Positions 13,789 through 21,272 of a stretch of 64,000 nucleotides of DNA are shown here, one piece after another. The DNA is taken from contig JAUSEK010000012.1 of NCBI GenBank assembly GCA_030650275.1, positions 472-64,471 on the forward strand. Reading direction: 5' to 3'. The notes beneath the pieces were generated by a model. It was not told the DNA's origin. It did no database searches and saw nothing but the letters and a program-made list of their open reading frames with translations. Each line of letters opens with the position of its first letter. Position 1 is the first letter of the stretch. The translations under genes were made by a program, and so were the position numbers. Origin of the DNA: Candidatus Omnitrophota bacterium. GTDB taxonomy: Bacteria; Omnitrophota; Gorgyraeia; Zapsychrales; Fredricksoniimonadaceae.

Positions 13789-14981
13789 TCCCCGAATACA
13801 TCAGGGATGGACTTTTGCCGCAACGGCGTTGAAGGAATGATCTTCGGAACAAAAATGATCTGGGCCAGCATCAAACAACCGATCGCGAAAAACGTCAGGC
13901 CGAAATTCATCTGGATGAAATTGCCGCTCAAATAAAACCCTAAGCCGCCGCTGAAAAACCGCACCGAAGAATTCAACGCCGCCAGTTCCGGCCGGTACAT
14001 GTCCGAAAGATCCGTCAGCACCGTGGATATACCGTTGTGGGCAATGGTCCAGCCGACGGAGATCATGGAAAGCACCAGGGCCAAAAACGCCAGCGAATAA
14101 TGGCCGTATAAAGCCATGGTGGATAATCCTAAGATCGCGATCCCTATATAGCAGGAATTAACGCGGCCATATTTATCCGTGACCACCCCGCCGATGAGCT
14201 GTCCCGCCACAGAGGCAATGGCCGTTAAAATGATCAAAGAACTGATGGTCAACTGATCGTAATTGTAGACCTTATCCAGATAAACGCCATACCATTTGCA
14301 TACGCCGTGAAAGAACAAACTCATGAAAAAAATAAAGATCAGGATGCGACGCAAACCGGCCAGACGAAAAGCATCGCCATAATTGACCTTGACCCCGGTA
14401 TTGGCCTCCATGCCTTCCTCGGGACAGAACCATAAACCGAAAACAAGTACAAAGCCCAACAGCGCCGGGACCGCGAATAGCCAATGCCAGTCGGCAAAAG
14501 CGCTTAAGACCAGCCCCAGCAAGGCGCCAAAGAACGACGAACTGAAAAACAACCCCAGGACCCGGCCGCGGATGTCTTTTTCAAATATCTTGCCCAGCGT
14601 CATGATCGCCAGCGGTGTGACGGCCGCGGCACCGATGCCCGCGATGACCCGCCCCAAGAGGATCATATTGAGCGAATCCGTCCACAGGCACATCCAGTTG
14701 CCGAAACCGCACAGCGCAACAGCCGCGATCATCAAATTTTTGATGGAGAACCGCACGGCCAGCGGCGCGTAAAAAAGCGCGCATACGCCATAGGGAATGA
14801 TATAGAACGGGATGATGCCCGCCGCATCCCCCATTGGAACATTCAAAGAGCGGCTGACCGCCGGAATGACCGCGGTCAGGGCTGAAATGTTAAATGAAAC
14901 AAGAACGTTGGTACAGCAAAAGAAAAATAAGATCCAACGTCTGCTAACGGGCGATCGATCATCGCCCCTACTTACTGACAT
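13785..14981 (-). CDS. MFS transporter
   Basis: 398-aa ORF with 12 predicted TM segments and MFS loop motifs. Overlaps its neighbours (operon). Confidence 0.8.
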   Translation of the reverse strand: MSVSRGDDRSPVSRRWILFFFCCTNVLVSFNISALTAVIPAVSRSLNVPMGDAAGIIPFYIIPYGVCALFYAPLAVRFSIKNLMIAAVALCGFGNWMCLWTDSLNMILLGRVIAGIGAAAVTPLAIMTLGKIFEKDIRGRVLGLFFSSSFFGALLGLVLSAFADWHWLFAVPALLGFVLVFGLWFCPEEGMEANTGVKVNYGDAFRLAGLRRILIFIFFMSLFFHGVCKWYGVYLDKVYNYDQLTISSLIILTAIASVAGQLIGGVVTDKYGRVNSCYIGIAILGLSTMALYGHYSLAFLALVLSMISVGWTIAHNGISTVLTDLSDMYRPELAALNSSVRFFSGGLGFYLSGNFIQMNFGLTFFAIGCLMLAQIIFVPKIIPSTPLRQKSIPDVFGE

Positions 14982-15417
14982 GGGCTTCAGATTCGATCAC
15001 TTTCTTGAATATCTGCAGGTTATCCTGCGAATGCTTGTTGATGAACCCTTCGATCTGCTCGGCGGTGAATTTGGTGAATTTGGGGTCCATTTCAAAATCC
15101 TGGATCCATTTCATGGAAATGCCGCCTTGAACTTCGGTATAGAACCACACAATTTTCATATACAAAAATGGGAACAGCGGGTCCCAACGCTGGGCATAGG
15201 CGAATTTCAGGTCCTTGTATAACCAGCGTTTGGACACCCATGACTTGCCATCCTCATCGGTCAGGCGAAAGGTGATCTCGTTGCCCTTGTGCTCCAGCAC
15301 ATCAGCGCTGGCATATTCCTTGCCGAACAATTCAGTCCAGCGTTCAATCTTGTTGGAAATATCAAAAATCAACTCGTATGGCGCATTGATGATGATTGAA
15401 TTTACTGTATGTCCCAT
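14968..15417 (-). CDS. SRPBCC superfamily protein (polyketide cyclase/aromatase-like, Polyketide_cyc2 type)
   Basis: 149-aa ORF; helix-grip fold length and pattern resemble TcmN/SnoaL-associated cyclase/dehydratase. 14-nt overlap with the MFS gene. Confidence 0.65.
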   Translation of the reverse strand: MGHTVNSIIINAPYELIFDISNKIERWTELFGKEYASADVLEHKGNEITFRLTDEDGKSWVSKRWLYKDLKFAYAQRWDPLFPFLYMKIVWFYTEVQGGISMKWIQDFEMDPKFTKFTAEQIEGFINKHSQDNLQIFKKVIESEAHVSK

Positions 15418-15439
15418 ATCTGCCCTCCCTAAATAAATA

Positions 15440-15468
15440 TTGACTAATAATCAATAAATAATTATACT
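15440..15468 (+). promoter_or_regulatory. sigma70-type promoter (TTGACT-17 nt-TATACT) driving the tRNA-like gene
   Basis: Near-consensus -35 at 15440-15445, a 17-nt spacer, -10 at 15463-15468. The RNA gene starts 13 nt downstream. Confidence 0.65.
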
Positions 15469-15481
15469 TACATCAATTAGT

Positions 15482-15555
15482 GCCCCGGTGGTGTAATGGA
15501 TCAGCATGCAGCTCTGGCGATGTCTGAGGCGCGGGTTCGAATCCCGCCTGGGGTA
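15482..15555 (+). tRNA. tRNA-like gene with aberrant D/anticodon region (isotype undetermined, possible pseudo-tRNA or tRNA-like sRNA)
   Basis: 7-bp acceptor stem (GCCCCGG/CUGGGGU), a perfect T-arm GCGGG-UUCGAAU-CCCGC and a discriminator A. Positions 8-49 do not fold into canonical D and anticodon arms. Instead they form one 7-bp bulged hairpin with a 12-nt loop GCAGCUCUGGCG. Confidence 0.5.
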
Positions 15556-15558
15556 CTA

Positions 15559-15606
15559 AAGGCCTTAAAGATCGAGCCAGAGCGATTTTTAAGGCCATCT
15601 TTTTTC
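15559..15606 (+). terminator. intrinsic terminator after the tRNA-like gene
   Basis: Stem GGCCTTAAA / TTTAAGGCC with a 16-nt loop, followed by ATCTTTTTTCTT. Confidence 0.7.
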
Positions 15607-15681
15607 TTGCAAAGAACAGTTAAAAATGATATATTTTAATTAATCGATTTTCGCCAGAGCTGTATGTTATCCAGTTTCATT

Positions 15682-15713
15682 AGGCCGCGATCACTCGCGG
15701 CCTTTCTTTTTAT
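15682..15713 (+). terminator. second plus-strand intrinsic terminator
   Basis: AGGCCGCGA-TCAC-TCGCGGCCT hairpin followed by TTCTTTTTAT. Confidence 0.55.
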
Positions 15714-15909
15714 GTTTGCAACCACCCTTTTAACCTCATTCCGGACGCATGATAATTCTTGGCTGGCACCGATTCCCGATTCTCCACGGCGCGCTTCCCT
15801 TCTGCCCTTCTCTCGTTGGGCTGTCCCCCATTCCCAGGGTCAAGACTAGTTGGGCGTTCTAATTTAATGAATCGTGTCTTTTTTAAACTACAGCCAAGAT
15901 AAATTTAAT

Positions 15910-16749
15910 CTATAAAATAGCGACTACCCTGCTCCAACCCGCTCCCGCATTCCTTACTTTAACAGGTAAACAAGACACCGTAAACCCAAACGGTTTCGGG
16001 ATGGTGCCTAAATTACCCAAACGTTCCATGTGACAATACTCGCGCTCGCGTCCGAGGAAATGGCAGGGCCAGATCTTACTCTTGTCCTTGGTGGTCAAAA
16101 ATTCCTTGAACATCAAAAAACACGGGCGGTCAAGGCCGATGGTGTCAATGCCCATCATCTTGATGCCCGCATCCAGCAAATACTCCACGGCATCGGGCAT
16201 CATGCCCACATATTTGTTCACGTAATCGTCGGTCCCCAACAACTTGTCCCCACCCGTATAAATGAGCACAATGTCCATTGGCTTTAAAATATATTTGATC
16301 TTTTTCAGCGCGGCAATGACATGGTCCTTGGTGATGGCATCGGGGAATTTCAAATGGGTGAGATCCAAAACCACGCCGGGGCCATAACACCACTCCAGCG
16401 GCACGTCCATGATCTGTTTGGCCGGCTTGCCCTCGCACATACTTCCATAATGGAACGGCGCATCCACATGAGAGCCCATGTGCACCGACGAATGCACCAC
16501 TTCCAAAGACGGCATTTCGCCGCCGGGGATCTCCTCTGCCGTAGCAACACGCTCGCCTTTGTCAAAACGCTCCTGGCCCCCGGGCTGTTTGCTCATCACC
16601 ACCCAGTTGAAATGTTCAACACCCTGCGCATGCGTGATGCGGTCGATCTTGGCATCGTGCGTTTCGACAAGTGTGTCATCTATGGGTAAACTAAGGTCTA
16701 TAATTTTCATAATGCCTGGATTCCCGACAGAAACATTCGGGAATGACAA
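15910..16749 (-). CDS. cyclase-family protein (PF04199-like, kynurenine-formamidase fold; HxGxHxDxPxH metal motif)
   Basis: 279-aa ORF with a VHMGSHVDAPFHY motif. The first 13 codons (MSFPNVSVGNPGI) are encoded by a repeat element, so the true start is probably Met14 at 16710. Confidence 0.8.
   Translation of the reverse strand: MSFPNVSVGNPGIMKIIDLSLPIDDTLVETHDAKIDRITHAQGVEHFNWVVMSKQPGGQERFDKGERVATAEEIPGGEMPSLEVVHSSVHMGSHVDAPFHYGSMCEGKPAKQIMDVPLEWCYGPGVVLDLTHLKFPDAITKDHVIAALKKIKYILKPMDIVLIYTGGDKLLGTDDYVNKYVGMMPDAVEYLLDAGIKMMGIDTIGLDRPCFLMFKEFLTTKDKSKIWPCHFLGREREYCHMERLGNLGTIPKPFGFTVSCLPVKVRNAGAGWSRVVAIL
16716..16748. repeat. REP-like palindromic element, copy A (ATTCCCGAC-N9-TCGGGAAT core)
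   Basis: CTGGATTCCCGACAGAAACATTCGGGAATGACA. Related copies at 24765-24837 and 29840-29867. Sits at the ACP/cyclase gene junction. Confidence 0.6.
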
Positions 16750-16754
16750 TTGGA

Positions 16755-17039
16755 TTAATGCTCATGCCCACAGCCGCAGGAATGGCCGCCACTGGCCTGG
16801 GCCTTGGATCTTAGAATGCCGATGATCTCATTGAACGAATGCGTCTTTTTCAATTCATTGTCCTTAAGCGCGATGCCCAGTTCCTTTTTGATACCGACCG
16901 AGATCTCCACCATTTCCGTTGAGTCAATGTCCAAGGACTCGTCCAGTTTTGCGCCGGGGATGATCTCGCTGTCCTTGATATCCAGAACCTTTTTGAAGAT
17001 GGCTTTGACCTTGCTTTCGAGGTCTGTCTGGGTCTGCAT
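16755..17039 (-). CDS. acyl carrier protein (phosphopantetheine Ser in a DIDSTEMVEI motif) with a Cys/His-rich C-terminal tail
   Basis: 94-aa acidic ORF with an ACP four-helix pattern. The C-terminus is SGGHSCGCGHEH. Confidence 0.8.
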   Translation of the reverse strand: MQTQTDLESKVKAIFKKVLDIKDSEIIPGAKLDESLDIDSTEMVEISVGIKKELGIALKDNELKKTHSFNEIIGILRSKAQASGGHSCGCGHEH

Positions 17040-17060
17040 TTTTTTCTCCGTTTAATGTTT

Positions 17061-18293
17061 TTAAAGTTTCTGCAGGACTAAAACGCAGTTGATCCCGCCG
17101 CGTCCGCGGTTGATGATCAAAGCATTCTTGATAGTTTTTGCCTGCGCTTTGTTGGGGCAATAATCCAGGTCGCATTCCGGGTCCGGTGTCTGATAATTGA
17201 TGGTCGGCGGCACCATGCCGTGTTCCATGGCCAGCACCGTCGTGATGACGTCCAAAGCCCCGCAGGCGCCCAGCATATTGCCGAACACCGACTTAGGCGC
17301 GGACACCGGTACCTTCTTCGCGTAACCGTTAAAGGCCTGTTTGATGGCTTTTGTTTCGGTGATGTCGCCCAAAACTGTTGCAGCACCATCAGCGCAAATA
17401 TAATCAATGTCTTTGGGGGAAAGCCCGGCATCGTCCAGGGCTGATCTGATGGCACGGGCCAATTGTTTGGCATCCGGCGCCGGATCAATGCGGTTGACAG
17501 CATCGGTGGTGGACGCATAACCGATGATATTGGCATAGACATGGGCTTTACGCTTGATGGCCCGTGACTGCGGTTCCAGCGTCAAGACCCCGGCACCTTC
17601 GGCAATGGCCAAACCATCGCGGTTTTTGTCAAACGGCCGATACGCTTGGCGCGGGTCATCATTGCGTTTGGACAAAACCCCTGACGTGTTGCAGCACAAA
17701 AGCGCGTAGGGCGTCACCGGCGCTTCCATGCCCCCGGCCAAAATAAAATCGCATTTGTTACGGATGATGGTCCTGGCCGCGTAGCCGATGGCCATCAAAG
17801 AACTGGCCCTGTCCGCGACAATGGTCTTGGAAAAACCTTTGATGCCGTAATGAATGGATATCTGCCCCTGCGGTGCCGCGGGAAACCACGCGGAGGCCAT
17901 GAAAGGACTCACCCCTTCCCGGCCTTCCAGATACATATCGCGCAACTCGGTCTCGGCATACAGCCAACCGCCCAAGGCATTGCCCATAAAGATCCCGACG
18001 CGCTTTAAATCCTCGTCAGGCAGATTAATGCCCGCGTCATTCAGGCACATTTCAGAAGCCACCAAAGCCATATGCGAAAAAAGATCTATCTTCTTTAAAA
18101 GCCGCGATGAGACATTGCTATAAGCATCCAATTCTTTGACAGTCCCGGCAATGCGCGACGGATAAGCGCTGGCGTCGAAACGCTCGATCTTTTCAACCGC
18201 GCTCCTGCCATGGGCCACATTGGCCCAGAACACTTTTTTGTCCATCCCTGACGGGGATATGACGCCTAAACCGGTGATCGCAATGGGGTCCAT
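17061..18293 (-). CDS. ketosynthase-like chain-length-factor partner (KS-beta/CLF-like; catalytic triad replaced)
   Basis: 410-aa thiolase-fold KS homolog. The active-site Cys position reads ADRASS (Cys to Arg). Both catalytic His positions are changed (CADGAAT has Asp, FGNMLGA has Asn). 4-nt overlap with the upstream KS gene. Confidence 0.8.
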   Translation of the reverse strand: MDPIAITGLGVISPSGMDKKVFWANVAHGRSAVEKIERFDASAYPSRIAGTVKELDAYSNVSSRLLKKIDLFSHMALVASEMCLNDAGINLPDEDLKRVGIFMGNALGGWLYAETELRDMYLEGREGVSPFMASAWFPAAPQGQISIHYGIKGFSKTIVADRASSLMAIGYAARTIIRNKCDFILAGGMEAPVTPYALLCCNTSGVLSKRNDDPRQAYRPFDKNRDGLAIAEGAGVLTLEPQSRAIKRKAHVYANIIGYASTTDAVNRIDPAPDAKQLARAIRSALDDAGLSPKDIDYICADGAATVLGDITETKAIKQAFNGYAKKVPVSAPKSVFGNMLGACGALDVITTVLAMEHGMVPPTINYQTPDPECDLDYCPNKAQAKTIKNALIINRGRGGINCVLVLQKL

Positions 18294-19561
18294 TAGGAAT
18301 ACCTTTGCAAGGTCATGGCTGAGTGAATGCCGGAAAAACCACTGGATGTCTTAAGAATACAATTAACTTTCTTCTGTATCGCTTCGTTGGGAATGTAATA
18401 CAGATCACATAAGGGGTCCGGTTCCTGCTGATTGATGGTCGGCGGCAAAATGTTGCGCTCAAAGATCAGGGAACTCAAAGCCAGCTCTATTCCGTTGGCA
18501 CCGGCCAAAGGATGGCCGATCATGGACTTCACCGAACTGATGGGAACTTTATACGCGTACGGGCCCAAGGCCATCTTATAAGCGCTGGTCTCGAACACAT
18601 CGTTCTGGCGCGTCGAGGAACCATGGGCGTTGACATAATCAATGGTTTCGGGTTTGATGCCGGCATCTTCCAGGGCCAAGGTAATGCTGTCGGCCATGGC
18701 ATCGCCTTCCGGCGGCAGATCGGTCATGTGATAAGCATTGCAGGTGGTGCCGAAACCGGTGATCTCGCAATAAATGCGCGCCCCGCGTTTGAGGGCGTGC
18801 TCCAATTCTTCAACGACCAAAAGCCCGGCGCCTTCGGAAATGACAAAACCGTTGCGTTGATTGTCGAACGGCCGTGAGGCCCCGGCCGGATCATCATTGT
18901 GCACGGAAAGGACATTGACAGTGTCAAAAGCGCCGAACGTGATGGGGGTGACGGGCGCTTCACTGGCGCCGGTGAGCATGATGTCCGCGTCCCCGTCGCT
19001 GATGGCCTCAAAAGAAAACCCGACGGAGTCCGTGCCCGCGGTACAACCCGTAGAAATGGTATTGCAAACACCCTGAAGGCCATACTTGGCGGAAAGTTCA
19101 CTCGAAGGCGTGTTGAACATCGCGGCATCGTATAGGTCCGGACGGACAATAAGCGGATTGATGGGTTTCTTGCCGCTGTCCGTGACCAGGGCGAATTCTT
19201 CTTCCATGTATTTGGTGCCGCAAATGGCATTGGCCAAAGACACGCCCATGCGCTCTTTGTCCACTTTGAAGAGATCCAAACGGGAATCCTGCAAGGCCAT
19301 GCGGCCGGCCACCATGGCGAATTGGACATAACGGTCCATGCGTATGGCTTCTTCAAACGTAAGACCCAAAGCCACGGGGTCAAAATCACGCACCTGGGCC
19401 GCGATCTTGGTGTTAAAGAGCGACACATCAAATTCTGTGACCCGGCGCACAGCCGAAACGCCCTTGATCATGGCGCTGTAACAGGCATCATTGCCGATGC
19501 CGTTGGGCGCGATGATGCCGACGCCCGTGACAACCACCCTGCGTTTCTTATTCTTATTCAT
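18293..19561 (-). CDS. beta-ketoacyl synthase (KS-alpha type, intact Cys-His-His)
   Basis: About 422 aa. Active-site Cys in ISTGCTAGTDS, His in NAHGSST and MIGHPLAG. The ATG at 19559-19561 overlaps the stop of the preceding gene. Confidence 0.9.
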   Translation of the reverse strand: MNKNKKRRVVVTGVGIIAPNGIGNDACYSAMIKGVSAVRRVTEFDVSLFNTKIAAQVRDFDPVALGLTFEEAIRMDRYVQFAMVAGRMALQDSRLDLFKVDKERMGVSLANAICGTKYMEEEFALVTDSGKKPINPLIVRPDLYDAAMFNTPSSELSAKYGLQGVCNTISTGCTAGTDSVGFSFEAISDGDADIMLTGASEAPVTPITFGAFDTVNVLSVHNDDPAGASRPFDNQRNGFVISEGAGLLVVEELEHALKRGARIYCEITGFGTTCNAYHMTDLPPEGDAMADSITLALEDAGIKPETIDYVNAHGSSTRQNDVFETSAYKMALGPYAYKVPISSVKSMIGHPLAGANGIELALSSLIFERNILPPTINQQEPDPLCDLYYIPNEAIQKKVNCILKTSSGFSGIHSAMTLQRYS

Positions 19562-19989
19562 CAATGCCTCAACGTTTCGTCCATCAAATTGTTATGGCTG
19601 GCAATGACCTGCCAGCGGTCCTTACCTTTTTTCCACGTCATGGTGTAGCGGCGGATGACCCGCTTGCCGCCTTCCGCGTTGATCTCAACCGTAAAGATCA
19701 AATATTGCAAAATGGCGATGTCCCCGTGGAGTTTCATCTGAACAGGACGCAATTCGCAGATGGCGATATTCGTATTCTTGGTCCAGAACCCCACCCATTT
19801 CTCCAGCCACGGACGGTCAACGGGAATGGGGCTTTCATGGCCATAGCCGATCATGTCAGGATGAATGTATTTAATAAATTCATCCACACGCTTGTTGATC
19901 AAATGGTCCCAATGCGTTTCCACGCAACCCCACACCTCACGCTCTTTTTCCCCCCAATACTCTGGGATCCATGACGCTAATTGACTCAT
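19561..19989 (-). CDS. SnoaL-like/NTF2-superfamily protein (putative polyketide cyclase)
   Basis: 142-aa ORF with an alpha+beta cone-fold pattern. Translationally coupled to the KS gene. Confidence 0.65.
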   Translation of the reverse strand: MSQLASWIPEYWGEKEREVWGCVETHWDHLINKRVDEFIKYIHPDMIGYGHESPIPVDRPWLEKWVGFWTKNTNIAICELRPVQMKLHGDIAILQYLIFTVEINAEGGKRVIRRYTMTWKKGKDRWQVIASHNNLMDETLRH

Positions 19990-21002
19990 ATGGCCTCCGC
20001 TTTTAATTTTAAACCAAATGCGTTCTTCACATGTTCCACACTAAAGAATTTTCCCGTCCGCTCAACCTCATGCACCATATCCACGACGCGTTCGTTGAGC
20101 GGCGCATGGCCATGCAGACCTTTAGCCAAACGCACCGCTTCCCCGTTAATGAACTCTATTTCGCTCGTCTTGCCGCGCAGGATGCTCTGCAAAATAGAAC
20201 CGTACAACGGTTCTTTGCTCAAACCGGTCAGGGTTTTGTTGATGATCCCAGCACTTTGTTCAAGCGGCATATTGGCCAAACCTAAAATTCTTTCCTTCGG
20301 GAAATCCGGCATGGAAACCATCTCGATCTTCGCCTGCCGCACAATGTCCAGCCCTTCCTTGAGCAGCAGAATGCTCAAACGGCACAGGTCCAGATCAGCA
20401 AAGGTCTCCTGCATGGACTTGCCGACCAGCGCCGGGATGCAATTGTTGAAATTCACAAAAAGTTTCAGGTACTTCATCCCCATGATGTCGGGGCTCATCA
20501 CCACTTTAAACGCCTTGCCCAGGACCTCACCGGCCTTATGCGCGGCCGGGTCCAAAGGCGCCAAGGGACGGCCGATGATCCAATCGCCTTCAAAATTGAA
20601 AGTCACCTCGCCGGGTTTGACGTAAGTAGCGCCGAACATCACGATGCTTGACATTTGCCGGCCGCGGTCAAGATGGTTGCTCAATAAATGGTCCGCCTGT
20701 ACGCCGTTCTGGCTTGTCAAAACAAGGCCTGTTCCCAGATATTCACTATTTTGCTCAAAGGCCTTTTCCAGGTCTTGCGTCTTGACGGTAAAAATGACCA
20801 GGTCATAGGGTTTGTCCAGACGCAAGGCGGTGCGCACGCGAATATTCTCACTTCCCCGCACGCCCTTGATGGTCAGACCATTGGCCTTGATGGCCTTCAC
20901 CTGATCGGGCCGGCCCACTAAAAGCACGTCCTGCCCTGCCTTGGTCAAATAACCGGCGACAACACAACCGATGGCGCCGGCACCGATGACCGCGATCGTC
21001 AT
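19986..21002 (-). CDS. 2-dehydropantoate 2-reductase (ApbA/PanE) family NAD(P)H-dependent oxidoreductase
   Basis: 338-aa ORF with an N-terminal IAVIGAGAIG Rossmann motif and the KPR two-domain architecture. Confidence 0.8.
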   Translation of the reverse strand: MTIAVIGAGAIGCVVAGYLTKAGQDVLLVGRPDQVKAIKANGLTIKGVRGSENIRVRTALRLDKPYDLVIFTVKTQDLEKAFEQNSEYLGTGLVLTSQNGVQADHLLSNHLDRGRQMSSIVMFGATYVKPGEVTFNFEGDWIIGRPLAPLDPAAHKAGEVLGKAFKVVMSPDIMGMKYLKLFVNFNNCIPALVGKSMQETFADLDLCRLSILLLKEGLDIVRQAKIEMVSMPDFPKERILGLANMPLEQSAGIINKTLTGLSKEPLYGSILQSILRGKTSEIEFINGEAVRLAKGLHGHAPLNERVVDMVHEVERTGKFFSVEHVKNAFGLKLKAEAI

Positions 21003-21268
21003 GCCTGCCCCTTATAATGAAGACCAACCTCATCCATGATACGGATCATCAACGAATAGAAGGCCTTGGGCACTTCCGTCGTGAAAGCGGCCACAATGTC
21101 CTTTTCCTCAACCTGCGTCGAGGCGCGCTGCTGCGCGTTCTGTTCGGCCTTTTTATTCACCACTTCCTGCGCGATGCCGCGATGGAAAATGGGAATAAGA
21201 TTGAGCATCCTGTTGTATTTAGCCAGGGCCGTGGGCTCCCAGGCCATTGTCGTGTGAACGCTGACCAT
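20999..21268 (-). CDS. hypothetical small protein (89 aa) coupled to the radical-SAM gene
   Basis: Overlaps both neighbours by 4 nt. No confident motif; possibly a PCP_red-like accessory domain, as often found next to B12-binding radical-SAM enzymes. Confidence 0.45.
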   Translation of the reverse strand: MVSVHTTMAWEPTALAKYNRMLNLIPIFHRGIAQEVVNKKAEQNAQQRASTQVEEKDIVAAFTTEVPKAFYSLMIRIMDEVGLHYKGQA

Positions 21269-21272
21269 TATT

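Noticed and set aside
16711-16749. N-terminal MSFPNVSVGNPGI of the cyclase ORF
   Set aside because: It is encoded by the REP-like palindromic element; the same peptide recurs inside the aldolase ORF. The true start is more likely Met14 (MKIIDLSL).
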